Assembly (NCBI GenBank): GCA_050294405.1
Contig: JBNKOC010000028.1
Coordinates: 224,001-288,000, forward strand
DNA length: 64,000 nt
Direction: 5' to 3'
Source of the DNA: Fibrobacteria bacterium
GTDB lineage: Bacteria > Fibrobacterota > Fibrobacteria > UBA11236 > JADFYW01
Both the position numbers and the translations under genes were made by a program. Each line of letters opens with the position of its first letter. The stretch's first letter is position 1. Below the pieces are notes generated by a model, which was not told the DNA's origin, did not search any database, and worked only from the letters and a program-made list of their open reading frames with translations. Of the stretch, positions 8,918 through 21,088 are shown piece after piece.

Positions 8918-10451
<1,534 letters not shown>

Positions 10452-10646
10452 TTTTTTTATAAAGCTTTCAATCCAAACCCTATCACTCTGATTTAAAGAT
10501 TGACAGGTCGTTTGGGCTTCTCTTTAACGCACATATAAATATATGCTAAAACCCGCACTCCTGCTTTTATTCTGTCTTCTTCAGTCATCTCAAAAAACCG
10601 GCAAACTCAAAGGAAGGCCACTTAATTTTTTCAAAAAAGTGAGACT

Positions 10647-10674
10647 ATAATAAGAAATACTGGGAAAATTTCAA
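10647..10674 (-). promoter_or_regulatory. Sigma70-type rRNA promoter
   Basis: Minus strand TTGAAA-16 bp-TATTAT upstream of the 16S leader. Confidence 0.65.
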
Positions 10675-10735
10675 GGATTGGAGCATAAGAATATGTTCAA
10701 CAATTTATTCACAAAATGTTGATAACTTATGCAAA

Positions 10736-11596
10736 TTAACGCTCCAGCAGTAAAAACCTGTCTAATTGAGAGTAATCCTGGAGGATTTGTACTTTTTTCC
10801 AGCCTTGGTCTTCGCAAAATTGACGAAAATGGGGCCCTTGATTGTATCCCATTTCCATAATGAAAAATCCAGGGCTACACAAACATTCATAAGCCTGAGA
10901 GATTAATTTTTCGGGAATTTCCCATCCCTTTTCCCCTCCCACGAGGGCTATTTCCGGGTCCCAATTTTTAACTTCCGGCTCAAGCTTATTTATATCTGAT
11001 TTTGGAATATAAGGGGGGTTGGAAACAACGATGTCGAAGGGCTCTTTTTGTAAAAACTCAGATAAAAGATTTGATTCCAGGATTTCAGGAATATTTTTTA
11101 ATTCCTGAGATTTGAGATTTTCTGTGGCCAGGGCCAGGGCATCCTTAGATACATCGCTCATAACAACATTTGCTTTCTCAAGTTCCAAAGCAACAGATAA
11201 ACCAATTGCTCCCGTTCCAGTGCCCACGTCGATAACCCTTATAACATCTTTAGGGATTTTTTTGGAAGATTCAATAACATGGTCCACAATGAGCTCGGTT
11301 TCACGACGGGGAACTAAACATCGTTTGTCCACTTTTAACTCAATGTTACGAAAGGGTGTTTTGCCTAATATATGTTGCAAAGGTTCCCTGGAACTTCTTC
11401 TTTTTACGGCCTCCCGGCTAATGCTTATTTCTTCCTGGGTTAAGGGCCTGTCAAAGTTCAAATACAAATCCATACGGCTCAAGTTGAGCACATGACCTAA
11501 AATTAACTGCGCGTCCAGTCGATAGTTTTCAATGCCTTTGGATTTGAAAAAGTCCGAGGTTTTGTTCAGAATTTCCAGAAGGGTTGGCTGATTCAT
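10736..11596 (-). CDS. prmC: Release factor glutamine methyltransferase
   Basis: EPLQHILG, VPRRETE, DVGTGTG, SNPPY; downstream of prfA. Confidence 0.95.
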   Translation of the reverse strand: MNQPTLLEILNKTSDFFKSKGIENYRLDAQLILGHVLNLSRMDLYLNFDRPLTQEEISISREAVKRRSSREPLQHILGKTPFRNIELKVDKRCLVPRRETELIVDHVIESSKKIPKDVIRVIDVGTGTGAIGLSVALELEKANVVMSDVSKDALALATENLKSQELKNIPEILESNLLSEFLQKEPFDIVVSNPPYIPKSDINKLEPEVKNWDPEIALVGGEKGWEIPEKLISQAYECLCSPGFFIMEMGYNQGPHFRQFCEDQGWKKVQILQDYSQLDRFLLLER

Positions 11597-11614
11597 GCTA
11601 ACATCCGCCTTTGT

Positions 11615-12688
11615 TTATCCCTTGCGTTCCATTTCCTCTAATTTTTCAGTGGTCTCCTGCACGCCGAGGGCATCAATCATTTCCTGAATGTCTCCTCGCA
11701 TAAAAGAATCCAGGCTATATAAGCTGAGGTTTATGCGGTGGTCGGTAATGCGCCCCTGGGGGTAGTTGTAAGTGCGGATTTTAGCGGACCTGTCTCCTGT
11801 TCCTACTTGGCTTTTACGGTTTTCGGCTCTCTCCTGTTCTTGCCGTGCAATTTCCATATCCAGCAAACGGGAACGTAAAACTTTCATAGCCTTGTCTTTA
11901 TTTTTCAACTGGGATTTTTCATCCTGGCAAGTCACAATTAATCCGGTGGGAAGGTGGGTGATGCGAACAGCCGAATCAGTGGTGTTGACGCTTTGGCCCC
12001 CATGCCCTGAACTTCGATATACATCGACTCTTATATCCTGGTCTCTAATATCAATATCCACATCTTCTGCCTCGGGCATTACCGCAACTGTCGCTGCAGA
12101 TGTATGCACCCTTCCTTGGGATTCCGTCGCCGGAACCCGCTGCACACGATGCACGCCGCTTTCGTATTTTAGTTGGCCATAACATTCATCTCCTTCAATT
12201 TCGGAAATGATTTCCTTATAGCCTCCCATAGTGCCTTCGGTAAAACTTACCACCTTCATGCGCCAGCCACGGCCTTCCACATAGGCCTTATACATTTTGT
12301 ATAAATCCCCCACAAAAAGGGAGGCCTCATCGCCTCCGGTGCCGCCGCGAATTTCCAGTAAAACGTTTTTTAAATCATTTGGGTCTTTGGGTATTAAGAG
12401 GATTTTAATTTCCTCTTCCATGGATTCAATTTTTTCCTGAATTTGCCTTATTTCGTCCCGAGCTGCTTTTTGCAACTCAGGATCTTCCAGAGCTTCTTTC
12501 CATTCGTCCAAATCATTGTAAAGTCCCACAAATTCACGGGCCTTTTCCACTACTTTTTCCAGGCTTTTTCTGTTTTGGGAAAGCTCTCTAAAACGAGTCA
12601 TATTGGAAGCCACATCGGGCTGGCTTAAAAGCCCTTCCACTTCTTCGAAGCGGTCGATAGCTTTTTTGGCTTGTTCCAGTATATTCAT
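11615..12688 (-). CDS. prfA: Peptide chain release factor 1
   Basis: GVHRVQRVPATE (PxT), SSGHGGQSVNTTDSA, RTYNYPQGRITDHR. Confidence 0.97.
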   Translation of the reverse strand: MNILEQAKKAIDRFEEVEGLLSQPDVASNMTRFRELSQNRKSLEKVVEKAREFVGLYNDLDEWKEALEDPELQKAARDEIRQIQEKIESMEEEIKILLIPKDPNDLKNVLLEIRGGTGGDEASLFVGDLYKMYKAYVEGRGWRMKVVSFTEGTMGGYKEIISEIEGDECYGQLKYESGVHRVQRVPATESQGRVHTSAATVAVMPEAEDVDIDIRDQDIRVDVYRSSGHGGQSVNTTDSAVRITHLPTGLIVTCQDEKSQLKNKDKAMKVLRSRLLDMEIARQEQERAENRKSQVGTGDRSAKIRTYNYPQGRITDHRINLSLYSLDSFMRGDIQEMIDALGVQETTEKLEEMERKG

Positions 12689-12747
12689 GGGATAAAAATA
12701 AAAACTGCCCGAATAATATATCCGGGCAAATAATTAGGAAATAAAAC

Positions 12748-13038
12748 CTAGTCTTTTTTGGGTTTAGCTTTGCGGCTTTTGCGGGGTGCTCCCACAACTT
12801 TTTTGAACTTCTTATTGAAGTTTTCCACCCGACCGGCTGTATCAATAAAGATTTTGGCTCCTGTGTAAAATGGATGAGAGGCAGAAGATACTTCTACCTT
12901 TACCAAGGGGTAGGTGTTCCCGTCTTCCCATTCAATGGTTTCATTGGATTTAATGGTGGAACGGATTAAAAACTTCTTTTCAGAAGATACGTCTTCAAAA
13001 ACCACAGGCTGGTATTTTGGATGAATATCTTTTTTCAT
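12748..13038 (-). CDS. rpmE2: 50S ribosomal protein L31 type B
   Basis: [22 protein letters not shown], no CxxC. The true start is ATG 13038. Confidence 0.93.
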   Translation of the reverse strand: MKKDIHPKYQPVVFEDVSSEKKFLIRSTIKSNETIEWEDGNTYPLVKVEVSSASHPFYTGAKIFIDTAGRVENFNKKFKKVVGAPRKSRKAKPKKD

Positions 13039-13145
13039 AAATGCTCTTCGTTTTGAATAAAGAGATGCCAAGTTAATCATTTTTAAAAAAGATTCCAAGC
13101 CTTATTGCCTGGAATCTGCATTAACTTAAAGAAAGCTAAAATTAT

Positions 13146-16100
13146 CTAAAAATGGCCAATTTGCAGGCCCACAAAGAACCTGGGCTGATTGACTTCATCT
13201 AAGATCGCTTTTCCGACATTACTGCTATAATTAAACCATTCTACCCGTTCGCTTACGCTATTGGTTCCGTATTGGCCAAATTTGGAGGCGTCCAAAAAGT
13301 TAAAAGGCATAAATGCCTGAAAGTACAGGGTCATGGGCAATTGGTGGTAGGATAAAAATTGAAAAGAGAGTCTAACCCCCAAATCAAAAAGCAAATCGTG
13401 TTTTTCTTGGTCAAGAGCTTTTAAAAGGGTTTTTGGAGCCTCGTTCAAAGTGGTGCCAGCATTCCCCATTAGCGAAAGTTTAATTTTGCTAAGAGAACTA
13501 AATGGAAGGGCCTCAGAATCAAAAAACTGATGGAGCTTCAAATAGTAATCAGCTCCCAGGGACATCCAGAACATATTGGTGCCTTTTAATATGTCGCGAC
13601 CATCGTAGCGAAGGGTGTATCCATATCCAGGCATTCTGGATAAGCCCAAGCGATAAAACATGGGGTATAAACTGGAATTGGGTTCATCCAATCCGGGGTA
13701 ATTGGTGGGGAATTTTTGGCTATAGCTGGCTAATTGTATGACCCCCCGCAGAGTAGCTTTATCTTCAAAAGAATACATGCCCTGGACGATAGAATTGAGT
13801 TCAAAGGGATTAAAACTCTGTTGGGAATAGCCAATAGTTCCGCAATTGATTCCTTCTAACACGCACTGGGCCTCAATAAAACTATCAAATTCAGCCACAC
13901 TGTCGGCGTAATTAACCCAGTAACGTGAAAGCATGGTTTGAAAGGCGAAACCTGTGGGCAGAGGGGTTCCGATTTTGCCTAGGCCATAGTACCAGCCTAA
14001 ATATCCCTGCATATGTTTGTATATACTTTGGTCTTGCATGGAAACTTTATAGGGCTCGTATGGAGTTTGGAGGGAATCATTGGGAAAATAAAAGCCGTTG
14101 TCCGCGAAGTAATATAAAAATTCGCTGCTGTAATCCTCTGTATAGCGGATGTTTAGATAGTTACCGCCTCCAAAAAAGCTTAGCGGCAATTGGGTGTTTA
14201 AATCTAAAAAATTAACAGTTTGCCGAAATTGCGATATGTCTTCGGTGGCGTATTTAAGAGTATCCCCATTGGGGTCTTCGGCACCCTGTGAGTTAACCAA
14301 TACATAACCCAGGAAATCCTGGAGAGCAGTCTCGTTTATTCCTTCATCCACGGAATGGTATACGCTATGGTAAGCACTATACATGAATTGAGGCACCCAG
14401 GAAAAACGGCTGTGGCGCAAACGGTTTTTATTAATGACTCCCTGATAGTAAAGGCTGTAATCCATGGGAGTTTTGTTATCCAGCTCTTTGGAAACTTCCA
14501 CTTCCACATATTGATTTACATATTTCACCAAATCCCCGGTAGCTACAGCAAGGCCAAGTCCTACATTGGATATGATGCTGGTATCGTCCACGACGCGCGG
14601 GGCGAAGGACATATAGGGCGCGATATACCAGGCAATTCCATCTCCCCGGTATTCCGTTTTTTCAAATTGGGATTCGTATTTTAGCTTTTTTTCCCGAAGC
14701 GTGGGCAGAGAATCGCTAACCTGTACAACATAGGGGGTGGCTTCCAAGTGCAAATGTTGCTCGTATATATTGAATTCCTGCTTTTTGTATCCCTGGTAAT
14801 AGATTTTTCCGTTGTGGGCCAATGGCTCTAAGGCCTGGCCGCGTACCTTAGTTACCTGGTAAAGTGTGGAGTCTCCTTTTACCTTGGCAAATACATTGTA
14901 TTGCCGGTCTCCATAGTAAGAGGACCAGAAAAGGGTGTCGCCATTAAAAAAGATGTCCCTATCCAGGTTGGAATCCAAGGCCGTGACAAAATTAAAGCTG
15001 TAATCCTTGGCAATTAACATGGAGTCTGCAAATTCCGCAGAGTCCTTTAGAGCTAAAAAAGGATCGAAGCCAGGCAAGTTTGCAGGCACAGAAACAATAG
15101 CCTCTTTATCTTTAATGCCCAGGGTAAAATAAATGGAATCGCCGGCGGCATTGTATTTGGGATTATAAACCTGCTGTCCTTCTTTGAAATTGGTGAGTTG
15201 AATTACTTTTCCCGTTTCCAGTAAAACGGCCAGGTTAGAGCTTCCTCCATTGCCCTTGGAAAACACAATTAAATTTTTACTGGGATGATAGGAAGGGTAG
15301 CTGGCTCTCTCTCTCCATGTAAGGCGGTACCATTTGTCGTGGCGAAAATCGTATTCCCACAAGTCCATGTAAGGCTCCGATTTTTCCAAATCAAACTGGC
15401 TGCTTTGCCGGGAAGGCCGAGAGGTCAAAAGCCTGTTCCCGGATTTGTTAAATTCCAAACCGCTTGCCCCAAATTTGTGAGATCGGGAAATTCCATCCCA
15501 GTAATCGTGACTTTGTTGGGCATGCTTGTTTTCTGCTTTTTTGTTTTTAAAATCCGATTGCATCCAATTTGTGGACAACGGGTTTTTAAAATGAGAGGGT
15601 TGCATGTTAGCTGCTATGGGAGAAAAACTTTCGCCTTCTTCTTTTTGTTCCTTGTGGGAAACAGTTTCAAGATTGTTAAGTTCTACTTTGCTCACTTCCC
15701 CGGATTTTAAATTTTTCCAGAAAATCCAGTTCACAGGCCCCCAGCGGTCTTTGTTATCAATCCAGGCCACATAGCGGCCATCTTTAGAAAAAGCAAGGCT
15801 GTGGGTGTAGGAGCCACCCTTGACAAAAAGTTTTCCCTCGGGGATATTTTTAAAATCGCTGTAAAGCTCAGCAAGAGAGGCTTTCCATTCATTGAAAAGC
15901 CCTGAAATGGATTTGCCAAAAACTTTTTTAGCTGAATAGGTAAAATTGAAGACGGGTTTAGGGTCGGCAAGGCTTCTCAATTTATTAAGCCCGTATTTCT
16001 TTTTTAGAAAACGCAGGAAGGCAAAACCAGTGTTGTACACCCTTTCAGAGGAAACCCAATCTCCATCAAATGTTTCGATGTCACCCAGGCTGGGTAATGA

Positions 16101-16706
16101 ACCAGTAAGAAAAGCATCACGGACAATTAAATCTCTTTGAGAATCCCAGCTGTCGTATCCTTGTTCCTCGGCTTCGAATTGGGCAATACCCTCAATATAC
16201 CAAGTGGGAGCCACCAGGGGCTCCCAGGATAAATTCAGGGAGTAATTAAATTCGCGGTTAATGGTTCCGGCTCTAAAAGATACATCGTCAAAAGGGCTGA
16301 GGTAAGCGGCCTGGCGCAGGGTAAATACATGGGCCAGTTCATGGGTGACCACATTGCCTATCCAGTTGCGTCTGCCTCGCATAACCCAGTTAATATGGGA
16401 GGCGTAGATGTACACCCTGGAAAAGTTGTAAATGGCATTGCCGTTGGCGTAGTCGCCCGGGTCCGCAATAAAAATGTCAATGGTTTGGTAATTTTGATAG
16501 CTGTTATAGGCTCTGGCTAAGGCAGGCCAAACCGCTTCAGCAACTTCCAGAACATCGCCAGCTACTTTTTCGTAATCTGCTGGGTAGTGCACATTGTAGT
16601 GGGGGGATTTTAAGGTTTTAAGAGCTTCTCCAAAACCAAGGCCCATTCCCAAACTCCAGAGGATAAACATCCAGATGATTTTTGCAGACCTAAAAAATGT
16701 ATTCAT
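13146..16706 (-). CDS. Secreted/outer-membrane protein: gluzincin domain, TolB-like (PD40) propeller, probable C-terminal beta-barrel
   Basis: Signal peptide; HELAH..PTWYIEGIA; repeated xPxY/F propeller motifs; ends FFVGLQIGHF. Confidence 0.65.
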   Translation of the reverse strand: MNTFFRSAKIIWMFILWSLGMGLGFGEALKTLKSPHYNVHYPADYEKVAGDVLEVAEAVWPALARAYNSYQNYQTIDIFIADPGDYANGNAIYNFSRVYIYASHINWVMRGRRNWIGNVVTHELAHVFTLRQAAYLSPFDDVSFRAGTINREFNYSLNLSWEPLVAPTWYIEGIAQFEAEEQGYDSWDSQRDLIVRDAFLTGSLPSLGDIETFDGDWVSSERVYNTGFAFLRFLKKKYGLNKLRSLADPKPVFNFTYSAKKVFGKSISGLFNEWKASLAELYSDFKNIPEGKLFVKGGSYTHSLAFSKDGRYVAWIDNKDRWGPVNWIFWKNLKSGEVSKVELNNLETVSHKEQKEEGESFSPIAANMQPSHFKNPLSTNWMQSDFKNKKAENKHAQQSHDYWDGISRSHKFGASGLEFNKSGNRLLTSRPSRQSSQFDLEKSEPYMDLWEYDFRHDKWYRLTWRERASYPSYHPSKNLIVFSKGNGGSSNLAVLLETGKVIQLTNFKEGQQVYNPKYNAAGDSIYFTLGIKDKEAIVSVPANLPGFDPFLALKDSAEFADSMLIAKDYSFNFVTALDSNLDRDIFFNGDTLFWSSYYGDRQYNVFAKVKGDSTLYQVTKVRGQALEPLAHNGKIYYQGYKKQEFNIYEQHLHLEATPYVVQVSDSLPTLREKKLKYESQFEKTEYRGDGIAWYIAPYMSFAPRVVDDTSIISNVGLGLAVATGDLVKYVNQYVEVEVSKELDNKTPMDYSLYYQGVINKNRLRHSRFSWVPQFMYSAYHSVYHSVDEGINETALQDFLGYVLVNSQGAEDPNGDTLKYATEDISQFRQTVNFLDLNTQLPLSFFGGGNYLNIRYTEDYSSEFLYYFADNGFYFPNDSLQTPYEPYKVSMQDQSIYKHMQGYLGWYYGLGKIGTPLPTGFAFQTMLSRYWVNYADSVAEFDSFIEAQCVLEGINCGTIGYSQQSFNPFELNSIVQGMYSFEDKATLRGVIQLASYSQKFPTNYPGLDEPNSSLYPMFYRLGLSRMPGYGYTLRYDGRDILKGTNMFWMSLGADYYLKLHQFFDSEALPFSSLSKIKLSLMGNAGTTLNEAPKTLLKALDQEKHDLLFDLGVRLSFQFLSYHQLPMTLYFQAFMPFNFLDASKFGQYGTNSVSERVEWFNYSSNVGKAILDEVNQPRFFVGLQIGHF

Positions 16707-16757
16707 TAAAATTCCTTCCTCTGGTTCTAGCCTTTTATGGATAAATGAAAAATTAGA

Positions 16758-18014
16758 TTAAATAGCTGGAGCATGGGCTAATAAATAGCTTTCTGCCTGG
16801 GGGGACCAAAGTCCTTGATTTTCATCTACCATACGGCCCAATTCCCCTAAAAAGGGAAACTTTTTTTCGTTGTTTTTTAGTTCATTAAGGGCAATCAGGG
16901 GTAAATTGATTTGGGTATAAATCAGTTTTTTTCCACCCCCTATTTCAGGTAAATTTTTTAAAGAGTCCACCACGCAGTTAAGTCCACCAATGTGGCTGAT
17001 TAAAAACTCTGGATGCAATTTATTTTGTCCAAGCATTTCCAAAGCCTGGGCCATATTTTTAGCGCTGCCTCCTGAGCTTCCCACATAGTGGGTATTGTGA
17101 TAGTGGAGGTTGAACAAATTCAAGGAAGCACTAAAATTTGAATCTCTGGGCCCGGCAAAAAAGTTAAGGCATCCATCGCTTGCCAGCAATTTATCTCCGT
17201 CCTCTATTAGCTTTTTATCTGGAGCAAAAACAAAAATATCATCAAAGCTCACATTGTTTTCAGTCAACGCTAATAGCTTTTGATAATCGAACCCTTCAGT
17301 TGTCTCAACAAAGTTTAGCTGGGTTTTACCTGTGGTTTTATTTTGAAAGAACTTTTTCATGCGCATAAGTTTTTGGTTGTTTCTGGATGTGATGATAATT
17401 TGCGAGGGTGGGTTTTTCATATGAATGGCATAATCCAGAGCGGCGCTTCCCATGGGCCCGGTGCCAGCTAAAAAAAGCATTTTCCCATATGGTCTTATCC
17501 CGGGCTTTGGAAAATTAGTTTGAGGGTCCAGGTGATAATTTCTATCGAAGGCTCCGATAACGCAGCAGTAGGGTTCTGCTAAAGAACCCATGTAATAAGA
17601 GGAAAAATTGTGAAGCAGTAAACAATTTTGTTCCAACACTTCTTTGGGAACAATTCCATAAGTGGCGGCCCCCCCGATAAAAGGATAGCTGTATCCCGGA
17701 GCTTCGGGATTTCCTTTGTAATTAATAATGGGCTGGATAGAAAATTTTTGTCCGATTTTGAATTGGTCCTTCCATTTTTTTCCCACTTCTAAAATTTCAC
17801 CGCAAAATTCGTGGCCTAAAATTATGGGGTTCTCTTCAAGCCGGGTGGGAACTCTTTTGTGGTTTTCCCCTTCGCACATGGCCTTGTAGCTGGACATACA
17901 TATGGAATCTGAAACCACTTTAACCAGTAATTCTTCATTGCCGGGCTCTGGAAGGTTTAAAGAGTCCAATTGGATTTTATCTTTTCCATGAAGGCGAACA
18001 GCCTTGGCGATCAT
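16758..18014 (-). CDS. L-sorbose-1-phosphate reductase-like MDR dehydrogenase
   Basis: DSICMSSYK, GHEFCG, LAEPYCC, DGCLNFFAGP, SHIGGLN, GGKKLIY (SorE family). Confidence 0.8.
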   Translation of the reverse strand: MIAKAVRLHGKDKIQLDSLNLPEPGNEELLVKVVSDSICMSSYKAMCEGENHKRVPTRLEENPIILGHEFCGEILEVGKKWKDQFKIGQKFSIQPIINYKGNPEAPGYSYPFIGGAATYGIVPKEVLEQNCLLLHNFSSYYMGSLAEPYCCVIGAFDRNYHLDPQTNFPKPGIRPYGKMLFLAGTGPMGSAALDYAIHMKNPPSQIIITSRNNQKLMRMKKFFQNKTTGKTQLNFVETTEGFDYQKLLALTENNVSFDDIFVFAPDKKLIEDGDKLLASDGCLNFFAGPRDSNFSASLNLFNLHYHNTHYVGSSGGSAKNMAQALEMLGQNKLHPEFLISHIGGLNCVVDSLKNLPEIGGGKKLIYTQINLPLIALNELKNNEKKFPFLGELGRMVDENQGLWSPQAESYLLAHAPAI

Positions 18015-18166
18015 AGTTTTTAACTGTCCTCCTTATAAAATGAGGCGGCAATAGTTTTAGGCTCTGTAAATTTCTGCTTTATTTATTCCCGATTTATCCT
18101 CACAAACCAATCCATAAACTACAAAATTATGGCCAGTTTTTAACAAAGGGAATATTTTCTTAAAGT

Positions 18167-18700
18167 ATGGATACTGAGGAGATCGCAAAATTTTTAGAGT
18201 ATTTATGGGCTCCTGAAGAAGGCCTTTTGGCTGCCTGCAAGCAGGAAAATTTCCAAGCCTCAGGGAAAGGCGGTCAAAAAAGAAACAGGGTGTATAGTGC
18301 CATGCGACTGACTTTTCCCCAGCTAAAGCTTCAAGTGAGTGCTTCAGAATACAGGGAGGCCAAGGCAAACTTAAAATCGGCTTTACAAAAAATGAAAATG
18401 GCTTTGGCCAAAGCTTTGGTGGGAGAAATTTTCCAATCGATGCTGGTTTCCGAAAAAATGACCTGGCCAATTGCTCAAAGCTGGAGGGCAAATGTCAGTC
18501 GGGACCACCAATACTTTGCCTTACATTGTTTCTGGGCTCAAGCTGTTTTTTTATTTTACAAGTCGGATTTAAAAAAATCTGCAGCGCAATTGGGATGCAG
18601 TTCGTCGGCATTGGTACGCTTTTTTAATAAGGATAAAGAGCTTTGGCGCTGGATTCAAAATAGGCGTAAGGAAGATGGACTTTTTCCTTTGAAAGCATAA
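18167..18700 (+). CDS. Peptide chain release factor-like (RF-1 GGQ domain) protein with C-terminal HTH-like helices
   Basis: ASGKGGQKRN..SAMRL; AAQLGCSSSALVRF. Confidence 0.75.
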   Translation: MDTEEIAKFLEYLWAPEEGLLAACKQENFQASGKGGQKRNRVYSAMRLTFPQLKLQVSASEYREAKANLKSALQKMKMALAKALVGEIFQSMLVSEKMTWPIAQSWRANVSRDHQYFALHCFWAQAVFLFYKSDLKKSAAQLGCSSSALVRFFNKDKELWRWIQNRRKEDGLFPLKA

Positions 18701-18711
18701 ACTCGTTTTAC

Positions 18712-18753
18712 ACAGTTGGATTTTACTTTGGCAAAATTCAACTGTTTTTTTTT
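18712..18753 (+). terminator. Intrinsic terminator
   Basis: ACAGTTGGATTTT..AAAATTCAACTGT stem followed by a T-run. Confidence 0.65.
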
Positions 18754-18862
18754 GACAGAATTTTCAAACGAGCCAACTTTTTTTTGACAATATATACACG
18801 ACCGTTGCCCTTAGATTAAGGGAAAAGTATCTTCCTGCTAATCACATCTGTAGGGAGTTATA

Positions 18863-21028
18863 ATGGAAAAAATTGCATACGCATTGCCAGTGGTAGGAAT
18901 TCTGGCGCTGCTTTTTACCTTTTGGAAAACCAAGTGGGTGGAAAGGCAGGATGTTGGAACACCAAAAATGGCAAAAATAGCTTCGCACATTGCCGAAGGG
19001 GCCATGGCCTTTTTGAAGGCTGAGTACAAGATTTTATCGGTTTTTGTAGCAGCTATTGCGGCGTTGCTCATTTTCAAAGGGAGCATGGAAGAAGGCTCTA
19101 ACGGCTTTGTGGGCCTTTCCTTTGTGGTTGGAGCTCTTTGTTCCGGACTGGCAGGCTTTTTAGGTATGAGGGTTGCGGTCAAAGCTAATGTGCGCACAGC
19201 TAATGCAGCCAGAAGCAGCCTTGGAAAAGCCCTTGAGGTGGCATTTGCAGGGGGTGCTGTCATGGGAATCGGGGTTGTAGGCCTTGGGGTTTTGGGCCTT
19301 AGTTCTTTGTTCATTCTCTATCATTTTTTGATTGGTCCTTATTGGGACATAAGCCTTGTGCTTAATGTTATATCTGGATTTTCCTTGGGGGCTTCTTCCA
19401 TTGCGCTTTTTGCCAGAGTGGGGGGAGGAATTTACACCAAAGCTGCCGACGTGGGAGCAGATTTGGTGGGTAAGGTTGAAGCGGGTATTCCGGAAGATCA
19501 CCCTTTAAACCCAGCTACGATTGCCGATAATGTAGGGGATAATGTAGGTGATGTTGCAGGTATGGGAGCGGATCTTTTTGAAAGTTATGTGGGATCCATT
19601 ATTGCTACCATGGTTTTGGGTACGGCATTTATTGGAGTAGATGGTTTCAGCGATGCCTTTGGCGGCCTTTCGGCGGTGTTATTGCCCCTCTTTTTGGCAG
19701 CCATGGGAATTTTTTGCTCCATTCTGGGAACCTTCTTTGTTAAAGTAAAAGAAGGAGGCAGTCCCCATAAGGCTCTTAACACAGGTGAATTTTTAGCGGC
19801 GGGCTTAATGTTAGTGCTTACCTTTGTTATTATCAAAGGGGTGCTTCCTGAAACTTGGACTATCGCTGGGATGACCTATACTTCAACCAAAATTTTTCTG
19901 GCCACCATTGTGGGCCTGGTAGCAGGCCTTTTGGTGGGAAAAATTACCGAATATTATACGGGAACCAATACCAAACCAGTAACATCTGTGGTTCGTCAGT
20001 CGCAAACCGGCCCGGCCACAAATATTATTGCCGGTCTTGGTGTGGGGATGCAATCCACTGGTTTGCCTATTCTTATTATTGCGGCAGGAATTCTATTGTC
20101 TTACTATTGTGCAGGGCTTTATGGGATTGCCATTGCAGCGGTAGGTATGTTAGCAAATACAGGAATCCAGCTTGCTGTGGATGCCTACGGCCCCATATCT
20201 GATAACGCCGGGGGCATTGCTGAAATGTCTGAATTGCCCAAAGAAGTCCGGGCCCGCACGGATGAGTTGGATGCGGTGGGGAATACCACAGCAGCCATTG
20301 GAAAAGGCTTTGCTATTGCCTCGGCAGCTTTAACTGCTTTGGCTCTATTTGCTGCCTTTATGCAACAAGCAAACATACAAACCATCAATCTGGTAAACCC
20401 GGTGGTTATGGCGGGACTCTTTATTGGAGGTATGTTACCCTTTGTGTTTTCCGCAATGGCTATGAATGCTGTGGGTCGCGCTGCTATGTCTATGATTGAG
20501 GAGGTCCGCCGTCAATTTGAGCATATTCCGGCTCTCAAGGCCGCTCTGGAAGTGATGCGTAAGTACGATGCGGATTTGGAAAATGCCTCGGAAGAGGATA
20601 AAAAAATATTCGAAGCAGCCGATGGAAAAGCAGAATACGGCAAGTGTGTGGAAATTTCTACCAGAAGCTCATTAAGGGAAATGGTGATGCCAGGTCTTTT
20701 GGCTATTATCGTTCCTGTGGTGGTGGGTTTTACTCCTTTTCTCGGAGCGGAAGCTTTGGGCGGAATGTTAGCAGGAGTTACCGTTACAGGAGTGCTTATG
20801 GCAATTTTTCAATCCAATGCGGGGGGCGCCTGGGACAACGCTAAAAAGATGATCGAAGCTGGTGCCGAAGTGGATGGAATTAAAAATAAAAAAGGCAGTG
20901 AAGCCCACAAAGCCGCTGTTGTGGGGGACACGGTTGGGGACCCATTCAAAGATACATCAGGCCCTTCTCTCAATATATTGCTAAAACTAATGAGCGTTGT
21001 GGCGTTAATAATCGCCCCTTCCTTATAA
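18863..21028 (+). CDS. hppA: Membrane-bound K+-dependent (likely Na+-translocating) pyrophosphatase
   Basis: [41 protein letters not shown] (Ala marks the K+-dependent type), [14 protein letters not shown]. Confidence 0.95.
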   Translation: MEKIAYALPVVGILALLFTFWKTKWVERQDVGTPKMAKIASHIAEGAMAFLKAEYKILSVFVAAIAALLIFKGSMEEGSNGFVGLSFVVGALCSGLAGFLGMRVAVKANVRTANAARSSLGKALEVAFAGGAVMGIGVVGLGVLGLSSLFILYHFLIGPYWDISLVLNVISGFSLGASSIALFARVGGGIYTKAADVGADLVGKVEAGIPEDHPLNPATIADNVGDNVGDVAGMGADLFESYVGSIIATMVLGTAFIGVDGFSDAFGGLSAVLLPLFLAAMGIFCSILGTFFVKVKEGGSPHKALNTGEFLAAGLMLVLTFVIIKGVLPETWTIAGMTYTSTKIFLATIVGLVAGLLVGKITEYYTGTNTKPVTSVVRQSQTGPATNIIAGLGVGMQSTGLPILIIAAGILLSYYCAGLYGIAIAAVGMLANTGIQLAVDAYGPISDNAGGIAEMSELPKEVRARTDELDAVGNTTAAIGKGFAIASAALTALALFAAFMQQANIQTINLVNPVVMAGLFIGGMLPFVFSAMAMNAVGRAAMSMIEEVRRQFEHIPALKAALEVMRKYDADLENASEEDKKIFEAADGKAEYGKCVEISTRSSLREMVMPGLLAIIVPVVVGFTPFLGAEALGGMLAGVTVTGVLMAIFQSNAGGAWDNAKKMIEAGAEVDGIKNKKGSEAHKAAVVGDTVGDPFKDTSGPSLNILLKLMSVVALIIAPSL

Positions 21029-21058
21029 TTTAATGTTAGCGTGTAGGGAATTAAACAG

Positions 21059-21088
21059 TGGGTGTTTTTTGGAACATCCATTTTTTTT
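21059..21088 (+). terminator. Intrinsic terminator after hppA
   Basis: TGGGTGTTT..GAACATCCA followed by T8. Confidence 0.55.

Noticed and set aside
21029..21088. yybP-ykoY Mn riboswitch expected before a UPF0016 gene
   Set aside because: Only 60 bp of intergenic space and no consensus motifs
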